Assembly: GCA_963749655.1 (NCBI GenBank)
Contig: CAVVOB010000018.1
Coordinates: forward strand, 179,248-243,247
DNA from: Nitrospirota bacterium
GTDB lineage: Bacteria > Nitrospirota > UBA9217
DNA length: 64,000 nucleotides
Direction of reading: 5' to 3'
Shown: positions 47,439 to 58,261 of the stretch, piece after piece
Position numbering within the stretch: position 1 is the first letter of the stretch
Layout: every line of letters starts with the position of its first letter
Translations under genes and position numbers: made by a program
The notes under the pieces: model-generated
Databases searched by the model: none
What the model was told of the DNA's origin: nothing
What the model saw: only the letters and a program-made list of their open reading frames with translations

Positions 47439-48761
47439 TTAAATACCGGCCGCGCCGCCCGTGGTGCCCGAGCTTCCCGTCGCCGTGGTAACGGTCAGGT
47501 CGAAGGGGGGCAGGGAAACGGAAACCAGTCCGTCGCTCACCGAAATGACGATGCCGGTCGTGGTGCCGGCGTTCGACGAGGAGGGGGTGCCGTACAGTTT
47601 GCCGGTGCCCCGGTTGAACGATGCCCAGCTCGGCTTGTTCGTGATGGTAAACCGCAGGGTGTCCCCGTCGGCATCGCTCGCCGTGGGAGTGAAGCTGTAC
47701 TTCGTGCCCGCGACAACAGTCGTTGCCGGCGTGCCGCTGATGACCGGCGGCGTGTTGGCGGGCGAGATGACCTGCACGGTAACGGAAACCGTGCCGACGA
47801 CGCCGCTATGGGTCGTTTGTATGTTAGACACCGCTACGCTCGTGATGATGGTATTCTCGCCCACGACGGTCGTCGTGCTGAAGCTGAAGGACCCCGTCGA
47901 CGTGGCGATGGAGCTCGAGATGGTGTTCACGATCGGCGGGACGATCAGCTGTGCGATCTGGGTCGTCGTGTAACCGGGAAAGGTTATGTTCGGATACTTC
48001 GTGGTTATCGTATTCAGCGCGTTCGTTACGGCATTGGTAAGTTTGCTCGTCAGCTTCGTCGTGTTGGTGAGCGAGGACGAGATCGAGGCTTTCATCACGG
48101 CTGAAGCCTGGGCTCCGTTGTCAAGTGCCGGCGCGGCCGTGGATGTGGTGGTCGCGACCTCGTTCGCTATCTCCGCCAGGACCGTCCGCTGAATGTCGAG
48201 GACATCCTGGGTCGGCAGGGTGTTGCCGCCGGGGTTCAGCGCATCGCTGGTGGAGGCAACGATCGATTCCACGCTTTTGACTAAAAGGGCCGCGGCAGGG
48301 GTGATCGTTTTCGAGAGGTCGGCGTCATAGGCGATGCCGAGCGATTCGATCGCCGCCCTGCTGTCGGGATTCAGGGCAACCAGGGTAGTCAGGGGCGTGA
48401 TGTTCCGCGCGCCCTGCGGCGCCATCATGACCATCGCGGGCAGGTTGGTAAGCGAATCCGTCCCGCCTTCGGATACGAGTTTATATTGATACGTCGGAGA
48501 GACGGTAAGGGCAAAATTGCCGTTGTCGTCGGACATGGCCGAGGTTTCGCTTTCAACTTCATCCATGCTGTCGTCCGCCTCAGTTCCCGATGAATGGTCC
48601 GCATAGACCAGGGCTTCGATGACCGGGCCCTGCGTAACAACACCCGACGGCGGCGGCGCATCATTTCCCGGACCGCCGAAGCCGCAGCCAAGCACCGGGA
48701 CGAGCGCCGCCAAAATGAGTAAACCTGTTCGCTGTATGATCCTCCGTAAACTGTTCTCCAT
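47439..48761 (-). CDS. Thr/Ser-rich lipoprotein with C-terminal putative Ig (He_PIG/dystroglycan-type) domain
   Basis: Lipobox VLGC; NITPLTTLV; N.PP.ISGTP......G..YSFTPTASDADGDTL.F.I.NKPSWASF...TG.L.GTP. Confidence 0.85.
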   Translation of the reverse strand: MENSLRRIIQRTGLLILAALVPVLGCGFGGPGNDAPPPSGVVTQGPVIEALVYADHSSGTEADDSMDEVESETSAMSDDNGNFALTVSPTYQYKLVSEGGTDSLTNLPAMVMMAPQGARNITPLTTLVALNPDSRAAIESLGIAYDADLSKTITPAAALLVKSVESIVASTSDALNPGGNTLPTQDVLDIQRTVLAEIANEVATTTSTAAPALDNGAQASAVMKASISSSLTNTTKLTSKLTNAVTNALNTITTKYPNITFPGYTTTQIAQLIVPPIVNTISSSIATSTGSFSFSTTTVVGENTIITSVAVSNIQTTHSGVVGTVSVTVQVISPANTPPVISGTPATTVVAGTKYSFTPTASDADGDTLRFTITNKPSWASFNRGTGKLYGTPSSSNAGTTTGIVISVSDGLVSVSLPPFDLTVTTATGSSGTTGGAAGI

Positions 48762-49221
48762 GGTTTCGCTCCTTTTCCTTATATAAAATAATTCCAGCAT
48801 CCGCGGTTTCCGGATGTCCTTGTCCGATGGCGTAACGAGGTATGCTTAAAAAAGCTCAGGACACTGATCCGTGCAATTTTCTTAACCTTGACTGGGTAAA
48901 TGCCTCAGAAATGAACCGGGAATTCAAAAACGATTTCACGCAAAGCCGCAGAGGGCTCCCCAAAAACCGATGAAATGCTTTTCCTGTCCAAGCTATTGAA
49001 CGATTATAGCACAGCTTTTTTACAGATTGCCGTCCATCCTGCGACAATAAAAAAATTTTCTCCGGAGACAGGAAGAACGGGAAGTCTGCCCCGACCCTGC
49101 GTACCGGATTCATCTACGCTCTCGCAGGCGAACCTCACCCTATCCGTCGCTCCAGTAAAACTTTGGGATTATAAAATGTTAACGAGGCAGGGCCTCAGAA
49201 CAAGATCAAAAGCAAAGGCGT

Positions 49222-49350
49222 CTCGCGCCAAGACGCCAACCCCGCTCCGTATCATATAGGCCTATAGATGCGGGACGGAGGACGCAAAGGAAAGCAAACC
49301 CTGAATTCTTTTTTCATGTCTTTCTTTGCGACTTTGCGGCTTTGCGCGAA
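49222..49350. repeat. CGCAAAG-type 9-nt-period palindromic element with a nested hairpin
   Basis: ctcgcgccaagacgccaa[...]gacgcaaag ... ctttgcgactttgcggctttgcgcga. Confidence 0.65.
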
Positions 49351-49754
49351 AATGTCGTTAGTTTTGGCTTCAAAGAATTTGACTCAAATTTCAAGATGTC
49401 ACGAAGTAAAGTACCTTTAAAGGAAAGCCCAGGTAGCTCCAGGGGGAATATGATACCGTCTGTCTGTGGGTCGAAGTTGTCAGTCATGAAGTAATATCAC
49501 AGAACTCCTGTCGAAACGCCCCCTGGAGCACATGGACTTTGCGACTTGCTGGTAAATATAGCAAAAGGGATACCAAAATAGTACTTTGTTCGTCGATTTG
49601 ACCTTTCAATGGGTTACGGTGCAGCTTACCTGTGGATTGACGGGAAGGGGCCAAATTGGCTGGTTCAAATTTAATTCAAAGCCTAAAAAGAAAGGGTGGA
49701 AATACATGGAGAGGATTCAGCTTCGGTGGGAATCGGGGACACAATTCGCGGCTG

Positions 49755-50506
49755 TCAGTCGTTGTTTCCAGAAGATCGATCCGCAGCTTCCTTTTTTCGG
49801 GGTCTATTCTCAAGTAGAAAGGCGATAAATACTCCGCCGAAAAGGCTGAAAATTCCCGCAACGGTGACATTCAATCTGACACTGGGCCACGACTTTCTTT
49901 CCGCAGGCGCGGCAACATCGACGACCTGCACCGTCGTGTTTACGGACTTGTCCTTCATGAATTCAGCAAGAGCGGCGACATAATAGTTCGCAACAGCCGC
50001 GGCGAGCTTCGGATCTTTCCATTCCACGGTGATTGCAATAGTCCCTTCTTTGCTCTTTTTAAAGGAGGTAACATTCTTCGTGAGTTTCTTCACGGCATCT
50101 TCCATGAGCGGCGGCTTGCCGGGATCTTTCCATGCGCTTTTTTCAGCGTCCCATCTGTTCTCATTAAAGACCCGCAGGAGATCGAACCGTTTGATAACCA
50201 TCTGGGCTATGGTCCTGCTTTTCAGGAACACCAGGATCTTGTCCGCGGGGGTCGTCAGCCCCGTGATGGACCCTGCGAGCGCCCCGGCAAGCGGGCTCGC
50301 GGACAAGGCGGCGCCGAGCCCCCGGACTCCGGGGCAATGCAAAGGATCAGGGTCTCGGACTTATAGTACTTGGGGAGCAGCAAGCTGACAATAGCGGCAG
50401 CGACAACCGACACCGTGAAGATGGAAATGATCATCACTTTCCGGCGCCACAAGATGCTTCCCAGGTCTCCGAGGGTGAGCTGATTTTGTTGAGTAGAATC
50501 GTTCAT
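49755..50506 (-). CDS. Wzz/GNVR-type polysaccharide chain-length regulator (one frameshift near 50320)
   Basis: L.DL..ILWRRK..I, LLPKYYKS; VQVVD.A.P.E.KS.P plus C-terminal TM. Confidence 0.8.
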
Positions 50507-50507
50507 C

Positions 50508-50565
50508 AGTTTTTAGTTTTGAGTTTTTAGTTTAGTTCTTAGTTTTTAGTTTTGAGTTTTTAGTT
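50508..50565. repeat. Left heptamer array (AGTTTTT/AGTTTTG/AGTTCTT)n
   Basis: agtttttagttttgagtttttagtttagttcttagtttttagttttgagtttttagtt; inverted relative to 50926-51012. Confidence 0.9.
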
Positions 50566-50915
50566 GTGGTGGTTTTTGCTGTTGTTTTTACGATGGCAGT
50601 CAGCATACAAATTATTTCCTCTGATTCCTTAAGGGGCTCTGCCAAACATTTGCCATCAATTGTCTCGCTGTCCCGTAACAATCTCAGCCAGTAATTCGAC
50701 TCCCTGGCCTCCTTCGAAGCAATGGACATTTTAGATAAAAAATCCGGACGGCTTTGACCTGCCAAGGCTTCTTCAATATTGGACCCTATGCTTGTACCTG
50801 ACCTCAGCAGCTGTTTCGACATGACGTATTCGTTCTTTTGAATGAGTAATTTATAGAGACGAATCATCGTCAGGGCGAAGTTATATGATTTCTCCTGTAT
50901 CAGACTCTTCCCCAT
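50532..50915 (-). CDS. Four-helix-bundle protein (TIGR02436 / 23S-IVP / bAvd-like fold)
   Basis: KQLLRSGTSIGSNIEEA...QSR.DF.SKMSIA.KEARES.YWLRLL. Confidence 0.92.
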   Translation of the reverse strand: MGKSLIQEKSYNFALTMIRLYKLLIQKNEYVMSKQLLRSGTSIGSNIEEALAGQSRPDFLSKMSIASKEARESNYWLRLLRDSETIDGKCLAEPLKESEEIICMLTAIVKTTAKTTTTKNSKLKTKN

Positions 50916-50925
50916 GGGCCTCTCC

Positions 50926-51012
50926 AAAACTAAAAACTAAGAACTAAAAACTCAAAACTAACTCGCGACCTATCGTCGTCAACTCAAAACTAAGAACTAA
51001 AAACTCAAAACT
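50926..51012. repeat. Right heptamer array (AACTAAA/AACTCAA/AACTAAG)n, two blocks
   Basis: caaaactaaaaactaagaactaaaaactcaaaact-aactcgcgacctatcgtcgtc-aactcaaaactaagaactaaaaactcaaaact. Confidence 0.9.
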
Positions 51013-51015
51013 GCA

Positions 51016-53187
51016 TTAGAAGAGTATCGAAATCGCCGCGATCACCACGGCGGTCTTGAACAGGATGTCGACGATGTCCTTGGTGTTCCGCATCACGGCG
51101 TGGCGCTCCACCTTCTGCGGCACGATGATCGAGTCTCCGGCCCGGAGCTTCACCCTCTCGACGTCGCCTACGGAGGGCGAGTCGGAGCTGTATGCGAAGC
51201 CGTCGGCCTGGAGCACATAGACCTGGTCCTTGTCCGCGTTCTTGGTTATGCCGCCGCTTCTGGCAATATAGTCCCCGACCATCATCCCTTCCAGATGGAT
51301 CTGGGCGCCTGAGCTGTGCACTTCGCCGAGGACCAGGACCTCCTGCGGCCGCTTGGGGATGTCGAGCACGTCGCCGTCCTGGAGCAAAAGATCGTATTTC
51401 GACCCGGTCCACTCGTCGATGTTCGTCGTGATGGTGATCGCGACCCGTCCCTCGGACAGCGTCTGTATGGCCTTCATGCTCTCGAGAAGGCTCTGATTGA
51501 GTCCCTGCTCGGACTTGGCAAGCGATACCTCCTCGGAACTGATTGCCGTCGCGCTCTTGTCGGCGAGATTCTGCACGATGTCCGATTGGGTCTTGGCGAT
51601 CACCAGTTTCATGTTCCTGTCTTCGGCGTTCTTCACCCCTCTGCGTTTGAACACCGCTCCGTAGGGGTAGGCTTCCGCTGTAAAGCCGCCGGCCCTGCGA
51701 ACCAGGTCGCTGAGGTGCTCACCCTGCACAACATTGAATGAACCGGGTCTCAGAACAGCGCCGTTAATTGATACTGTTTCCGTGGACTTTAACAGAGTAT
51801 AAATCTTGATCTCATCCTGGGGCTGCAGGAGAATGTTCTGCGCGGCATCCCCTTTCAACAGGCTGCTCACCTCCACCGGAATGATCTGCCGGTCGGTGAA
51901 GTCCTTGTTCAGGCGCACGATCTCGGCGCGGGTGAGGTCCGAGGTGGGGAGAAGCCCCCCCTGCTGGATAACCTCTTTTACGCTCAGGTCCGGCCGCCAC
52001 TGGAATTCTCCGGGATGCTGCACGGCGCCGCTGATGGTGACCGTTTCCCAGACTTTGTCGTACACCGCCCTGATGTTGATCGCATCCATGTTCCGGACCT
52101 TTTCGCGGAACGCATCAACGGAAGCGGGTCCGCTGATCTGCTTCTCCTCCAGCTTGATGTCCTGAAAGACCTTTTTCTGATTATCTTCGTATCGCGTGAG
52201 CTGCAGCCTGCCTCCCAGCGCCATGGGCAGGATGCCGCCTGCGGTATTTATCACGTCGCCGATGGACTCCTGCCCCCTCAGCTCGTAGATCGCCGGACGA
52301 TATACCGCTCCCCCGATTCCCGCGACCGGGCCGATGAGCGGCACGAAGACCGTGTCGTCGTTCTGGAGCTTGATGTCCTGGCTGCGGTCTCCCTTCAGCA
52401 GAAAATCGTACAGATCGAGCTCCTTGACGACCTTGCCCGCGCGCAGGACCCGGACCATGCGAAGAGTGCCGTTCTTCGTCGGCCCTCCGGCGACAAAAAG
52501 CGCCCCATACACCGTGGTGAGCGATGAGACGGAGTAGCTCCCCGGTTTTGCAACCTCGCCCACGACGTACACGGTGACGGTCTTAAGCGGCCCCATGGCC
52601 ACGCTCAGGTTGAAATCGCTGTAATACTTCGCCAGGTGGCGCTTTAAGGTCTTTTCCAGTTCTCCGAATCTGACCCCGTTCACCGAGATCACGCCCACCT
52701 TGGGAAGGGTCACTGCTCCCTCTTTGGTGACTCGCAGGTTATAAATGCCTTCTGTCGTGCCCCAGAGGGTAAGGGTAAACTGGTCGCCCGGTCCGACGAT
52801 ATAATCAGGCCCCACGGGCATGGTCGAGGACGGGACGAACGTCGATACCGTCTTGTTGAAAAGGTCGTAGCCGAACTGTTTGAGATTGCCGGGAATGGTG
52901 AGTTCGAACAAAGAAGGCTTCGGAGGCTCGACGGGAACGGGCTGAACGGATGCGGCCGAGCTGCGTTCAGCCTGGCTTTTCTGGAGGCTCTTGTAGATCC
53001 TTTGCGCTCCCTGCGTATCGCCCTGCTGAATGGCGCTGGTGATGGCCTGGACAGCCCGGGGATCGACATTCTGCATTTCCTGGACAGGATTGGCTGCAGC
53101 AGCGTCCTGTGCTTGCTCTTGGGAATAAGACACACTCGATAAGAGGATGAGCGCAAGGGAAAGACAGGGGTACAGTATTTTTTTCAT
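51016..53187 (-). CDS. Polysaccharide export protein with multiple SLBB domains (Wza/KpsD-like)
   Basis: FGYDLF, DYIVGPGD, V.V.GEV..PG.Y, repeated AGG, DLYDFLLKGD. Confidence 0.9.
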   Translation of the reverse strand: MKKILYPCLSLALILLSSVSYSQEQAQDAAAANPVQEMQNVDPRAVQAITSAIQQGDTQGAQRIYKSLQKSQAERSSAASVQPVPVEPPKPSLFELTIPGNLKQFGYDLFNKTVSTFVPSSTMPVGPDYIVGPGDQFTLTLWGTTEGIYNLRVTKEGAVTLPKVGVISVNGVRFGELEKTLKRHLAKYYSDFNLSVAMGPLKTVTVYVVGEVAKPGSYSVSSLTTVYGALFVAGGPTKNGTLRMVRVLRAGKVVKELDLYDFLLKGDRSQDIKLQNDDTVFVPLIGPVAGIGGAVYRPAIYELRGQESIGDVINTAGGILPMALGGRLQLTRYEDNQKKVFQDIKLEEKQISGPASVDAFREKVRNMDAINIRAVYDKVWETVTISGAVQHPGEFQWRPDLSVKEVIQQGGLLPTSDLTRAEIVRLNKDFTDRQIIPVEVSSLLKGDAAQNILLQPQDEIKIYTLLKSTETVSINGAVLRPGSFNVVQGEHLSDLVRRAGGFTAEAYPYGAVFKRRGVKNAEDRNMKLVIAKTQSDIVQNLADKSATAISSEEVSLAKSEQGLNQSLLESMKAIQTLSEGRVAITITTNIDEWTGSKYDLLLQDGDVLDIPKRPQEVLVLGEVHSSGAQIHLEGMMVGDYIARSGGITKNADKDQVYVLQADGFAYSSDSPSVGDVERVKLRAGDSIIVPQKVERHAVMRNTKDIVDILFKTAVVIAAISILF

Positions 53188-53344
53188 AGATACAGGATTC
53201 TCTTGATCATCAGGGATTTTTCCTTAAGTTGCCGTGGCAGGAGCGCTGACAACGGTTTCAGTATAACAAAGGACGTAGGGCAAAGCAACTGGAAATGGCT
53301 TGAGATAATGAAACTCCCCCATAACAACCGGGAGGTAAAAGCGG

Positions 53345-53434
53345 TCTCGCGCTGAGCTCGCGGAGGCGCGGAGATGAATGAGAACGGGATCAGCAGTTCC
53401 TGCTCTTTCCCTGCGTCATAGCGTCTCTGCGCGA
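53345..53434. repeat. CGCGGAG-type 9-nt-period inverted array
   Basis: tctcgcgctgagctcgcggaggcgcggaga ... cctgcgtcatagcgtctctgcgcga. Confidence 0.6.
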
Positions 53435-53523
53435 AAAGAGGATTTTGATACATGTTCTCATCGGTCCCTTTGTCCCTGGACTCCAGGGACCGACGCTGCG
53501 GTCAATGACTTACTGTCACTGCA

Positions 53524-55463
53524 TCACGGATGGGGAAGGTTACGGGAGATGCCCGCATCGCTTTTGCCGAGGGACTGCGTCGGTACTTTCGGCCCCCCGT
53601 TTTCAGGCTGGAATTCGGGAACGATGTCCTTGATCTTCTGGACCACATCGCGGGAGAATCCGCTCCGGAGCGATTCGAGCAGCATCTCCACCTGGATCAA
53701 GAGCGACGGCCATTCGATGTTTTCCGATTCCGCCACGTTGATCTTCTCGTGGAGCGTCGATTTGATCGCTTCACCGGCGGTCAGAAGCTCTTCATAGAGC
53801 TTTTCGCCCGGCCGCAGGCCGGAGAAGACGATCTTGATGTCCTTGTCAGGCGTCGAGGCCGGACAGGGTGATCATATCGCGCGCCAGATCCACGATCTTG
53901 ACCGGCTCGCCCATGTCGAGGATGAAAAGCTCGCCGCCCTTGCCCATGGCGCCGGCCTGCATGATGAGCTGGACGGATTCGGGGATGGTCATGAAATACC
54001 GGTAGATCTCCGGGTGGGTCACGGTCACCGGGCCGCCCTTCTCGATCTGCTGCTTGAAGAGCGGGATCACGCTGCCCACGCTGTTCAGCACGTTGCCGAA
54101 CCGGACCGTGACGAACTGGGTCTTGCTGATGCTGCCGATGCCCTGGCAGATGAGCTCGGCGATGCGTTTGCTCACGCCCATGATGTTCGTGGGCCTGACC
54201 GCCTTGTCCGTCGAGACCATGACGAACTTTCCGACGCCGTAGGTATGGGCGCATCGGGCCACGATCGAGGTGCCGAGGATGTTGTTCCGCAGCGCTTCGA
54301 CGGGATTCATTTCCATGAGCGGCACATGCTTGTACGCCGCGGCGTGAAACACCACTTCGGGCATGAACCGGGAGAGGGTCTGCTCCACCCTGTTCTGGTT
54401 CAGTGATGTCGCCGATGATCGCGTGGACCTGCACCTCGGGGAACAGGTCCTGCAGGTTCATGTGTGATCTGGTAGAGATTGAATTCCGAGCGCTCGAACA
54501 GAACGATCCGCTTCGGAGAAAACTGCGCCACCTGGCGGCAGAGCTCCGAGCCGATGGAGCCGCCGGCGCCCGTGATCATGACGGTCTTGTCCCGCAGGAT
54601 ACTCCCTGATCGAGGCGGAGTCGAGGTGCGCCGGCTCCCTGCCGAGCAGGTCCTCGATCTGAAATTCGCGCAGCATGCTGACCCTTGCCGATCCGTCCAG
54701 GAGCGCGCCCACGGCCGGCAGGGTCTTGGACTTGATCCCGGCGCGTTTGCACGTGAGCATGATCCTGCGCTTGGCCGCGCCCGAAGCCCCGGGGATTGCC
54801 AGGAACACTTCGGTGACGCCGTACTTCTTCACGATGCGCGGGATCTCACGGGTGTTGCCCGAGCACCCGGCAGCCGTGGATGGTCATGTTCCGCTTTGTT
54901 CTGTTGTCGTCCACGAACCCTACGGGATTGTAGTTCAGCCGGTAGTTCCCGAGGATCTCGCGAAGGATCATCTCTCCTGCGCGGTCCGCGCCCACGATCA
55001 GAACGTTCGCTGCCGCATGGCTGGAAGCATGGCTATTCGCCTTGAACCAGCCCTCGCGGTAGAGACGGTAGCCGATACGGCTCCCGCCCACGAGGACCAG
55101 GACCACGAACCAGTCGATAACAAAGACCGACCGCGGATACTCCTCGAGGCGAAACGCCAGAAAGAGCACAGCCATCGCGAGCCCCGAGCTGACGGTCACG
55201 GCCTTGACCAGGGAAACAAGATCGCGCATGCCTGTGAAGCGCCACATGCCGCGATACAGACCGATGAGCCCGAACGCGCCGAGACGGAGTACCAGCATCA
55301 AAGGCAGAACAATCAGGATCTGCGACAGGTGCACTCCGATGTCCAGGGTGTTGAAGCGCAGGGCATAGGACAGGAACAAGGACAGGGAAACAAGGAAAGC
55401 ATCGAAGAAAAATACAATAACTTGTTTCCACGACTTGCTGATAAAGTCAAAATTAAAATACAT
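53524..55463 (-). CDS. Membrane-bound nucleoside-diphosphate-sugar dehydratase (CapD/PglF/WbpM family), split by several frameshifts
   Basis: [66 protein letters not shown] across five ORFs. Confidence 0.9.
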
Positions 55464-55944
55464 GGACCATCCTCGGGTGTGGAATATCACGGCTTGCTAT
55501 CGATGATGTATCTGTTAAAGCAGGATTACATAGACCTATAGTATAGCAGACAATCCCTGATTTTCCTTTAGCCGTTGTTGAAAAAAGCCTCTGCAGTCCG
55601 GTGTCGATGAAATAATAAAACAAAAGCAGACAAGATGATAGTACTTTGCTGAAAGGCCGTCTCTCGTATGATCACTATGTTTCTTTAAAGCAATAGTAAT
55701 ACCAATCTGCAGAATCAATATCGGCCAACCATTTCAATAAGTTACAAGACTGATCCAAACAGGAACACTAATTCAGCTCAAATTGGACAGCCTATTTTAC
55801 ATAGAGACCGATCTTTTCAAGCCAGAAGCCGCCGGGTCTTTCAAACCTCTCCTGATCCTCATGAAAAATGGGTCCCGGTTGCCCCTATGACCTATGAATC
55901 CTGCACGACCCTTCTGAGCGCTGATTGTTCTCCTGTGCACACGA

Positions 55945-56505
55945 TCAATGCGTAACGCCCTCTCTCCGAAGAACCTTGAAAAACGTCATGAAGAGGATCT
56001 TTACATCGAAAAGAAAAGAGCGATGTTCGAGATAATAGGCGTCGAACTCTACTTTGATAGGGATCGGAAGCTCGTCCCTCCCGTTGATCTGCGCCCATCC
56101 GGTGACTCCGGGAGTGAGGATGTGGACGCCCTTCTGCGTGCGCAGCGCAATGAGGTCGTCCTGATTGAACAAGGCAGGCCTGGGGCCGACAAAACTCATG
56201 TCGCCCTTCAGTATGCTCAAGAGCTGCGGTAGTTCGTCAAGGCTCGTCTTCCGGAGCATTCCGCCTGCAAGCGTCAGGTATCGGTCGGGATCAGCAAGGA
56301 GATGTGTTGCCACGGCCGGCGTATGGACCTGCATCGTTCGGAACTTCGGCATTTTGAAAAGGACGTTGTTCCTGCCGACGCGGTCCGACCAGTACAGCAC
56401 CGGTCCCCGCGATGTCGCCTTCACCAGGAGTGCAATCATCAACAACGGCAGGCAAACAATGATCGCGCAGCAAAGCCCCATTACAATGTCAAAAAGACGT
56501 TTCAT
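55945..56505 (-). CDS. Bacterial sugar transferase (phosphoglycosyl transferase)
   Basis: KRLFDI, KFRTM, LRKTSLDELPQL, GDMSFVGPRP, PGVTGWAQINGR. Confidence 0.95.
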   Translation of the reverse strand: MKRLFDIVMGLCCAIIVCLPLLMIALLVKATSRGPVLYWSDRVGRNNVLFKMPKFRTMQVHTPAVATHLLADPDRYLTLAGGMLRKTSLDELPQLLSILKGDMSFVGPRPALFNQDDLIALRTQKGVHILTPGVTGWAQINGRDELPIPIKVEFDAYYLEHRSFLFDVKILFMTFFKVLRREGVTH

Positions 56506-57488
56506 TGTCTACCGGATCCAGACCGCGAAAGCCGGGCCGATCGAAACCAGTCCGCTGTCTCCCGCAATCCTTCTTTCATTGTATAAAATGGTTTCCATCC
56601 TAGTTCGCGACGGATTTTCCCGATATCAACAACAAGGGACTCAAGTAGACGTTCCATGCTAGAGGATTTCCCGATCAGTCCGCCCGCTGCACGCAGTAAG
56701 CAGGGCGGACATGGCACAAGATACGTCGGGCGATCTAACGCCATCGCCACGAGGCGGATCAACTCTGGTGTGGACACGTCCTCTCCGTCGCTCACGATAT
56801 AGGTTTGTCCTGCTGCCCGCGGGTGCATCATACAAGCGATGAGTACATCGACTAAATTTCCAAGGTAGATAAAACTTCTACGGTTGTTCACCGAAGCGAA
56901 AGGAAGGACCATGCCTCGATAGACGACACGCAACAAGTCGAGAAAATTACCTGGGTTCTCCGGTCCGTAGACAAGAGGTGCGCGGATGATGACGACCTCC
57001 ATCGTGGAACCGCGCGCAACGTCCCGGAGTCTCTGTTCAGCCTCCCATTTTGATCGTGCATAATCATTCTGCGGATTCGATGTGTCGTCCTCCGTAATGG
57101 GCCGCGGTCCGCTCACAGTGCCATTTACACCGATAGAACTCAAGAAGACAAAACGCTTTATCCCCATCTTTGCAGCGAGAGTGGCAAACGCCTCAGTACC
57201 CGTTACATTTATCCTGCGGAACTCATCCAGAGGCTCAGCTGCCTGTTCGCGCAGTATGTGCACGCGAGCGGCAAGGTGGACAACAGTGTCTACACCAGCC
57301 AGAGCCAATAGAAGCGAAGCTTCATCATCCAAGCGTTCGAGCAGAACAGCTTCCGCTGCAGCTGGCAGCAACGCTCGTTTGTCTAAACTTCGGACTGTGC
57401 CTTTCACGATAAAGCCGTCACGGATAAGCCTTTTACAGAGAGCTTTCCCTATGAAACCGGTTGCTCCTGTTACTAATATAGTACTCAT
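56502..57488 (-). CDS. NAD-dependent epimerase/dehydratase
   Basis: VTGATGFIG, HLAARVH, YARSK. Confidence 0.93.
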   Translation of the reverse strand: MSTILVTGATGFIGKALCKRLIRDGFIVKGTVRSLDKRALLPAAAEAVLLERLDDEASLLLALAGVDTVVHLAARVHILREQAAEPLDEFRRINVTGTEAFATLAAKMGIKRFVFLSSIGVNGTVSGPRPITEDDTSNPQNDYARSKWEAEQRLRDVARGSTMEVVIIRAPLVYGPENPGNFLDLLRVVYRGMVLPFASVNNRRSFIYLGNLVDVLIACMMHPRAAGQTYIVSDGEDVSTPELIRLVAMALDRPTYLVPCPPCLLRAAGGLIGKSSSMERLLESLVVDIGKIRRELGWKPFYTMKEGLRETADWFRSARLSRSGSGRQ

Positions 57489-57496
57489 ATTTTTAT

Positions 57497-58252
57497 CTAC
57501 ACCGGTCGACGAAGAAACTGAAGCAGCCTATTCTGCAATTTATGGACAAGATAAAATAGAGACAGCGAAATCTCGTTCTTACGGGCAGCTCTGTAAATCT
57601 CATGGTTCTGCTTGATGATATTGGCAATGCTTTTATTCGTGGTTCCGCCAAGCCTCATTTTCACCGTGACATGAGGAATGTATTTTGTCGCGATCCGGTG
57701 TTTACCGATAAAGCGAAGCATTAATTCGGAATCGGATGCGATTTTGAAATTCAAATCAAACAAACCAAGGCGATCATAAACTGTTTTCCTAACATAGAAT
57801 GTTGGGTGGGGCGGCATCCAGCCCTTCTTAAATAGGGTATCGTTATAAGCGCATGATTTCCAGTAACGTACGATTTTACCCGTATCAATCCGTTCAACAT
57901 ATACGAGATCGGAATAACAGCCATCTACGGCTGGGTTTGCAAACACGTCGCCAATCTTCTCAAGCACTCTATCGTCCACGTACACATCATCAGCATTCAG
58001 CAAGCCGATTATATCTCCCGTGGCCAAATGAATGCCCTTATTCATCGCATCATAAATTCCGTTGTCGCGCTCGGACACGACGCGGGCAACGTGGGGAAAC
58101 TCGCTAACAATTTTCAGTGTATCGTCGGTGGACCCCCCATCGATGATAATGTGTTCAACGGGATAGCTCTGGGACGCAACAGATGCCAGACAGTCTCGTA
58201 TGGTTGCGGAGCCGTTGTAGACTACGGTTATAATGGAGACAGTACTCTTCAT
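57497..58252 (-). CDS. GT2 glycosyltransferase (WcaE-like)
   Basis: SIITVVYN, IDGGSTD, GIYDAMNKG, LNADD. Confidence 0.93.
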   Translation of the reverse strand: MKSTVSIITVVYNGSATIRDCLASVASQSYPVEHIIIDGGSTDDTLKIVSEFPHVARVVSERDNGIYDAMNKGIHLATGDIIGLLNADDVYVDDRVLEKIGDVFANPAVDGCYSDLVYVERIDTGKIVRYWKSCAYNDTLFKKGWMPPHPTFYVRKTVYDRLGLFDLNFKIASDSELMLRFIGKHRIATKYIPHVTVKMRLGGTTNKSIANIIKQNHEIYRAARKNEISLSLFYLVHKLQNRLLQFLRRPV

Positions 58253-58261
58253 GACCAGCAG

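Noticed and set aside
50532-50915. Diversity-generating retroelement (Avd-like gene)
   Set aside because: No reverse transcriptase and no TR/VR pair with adenine-specific mismatches in the window.
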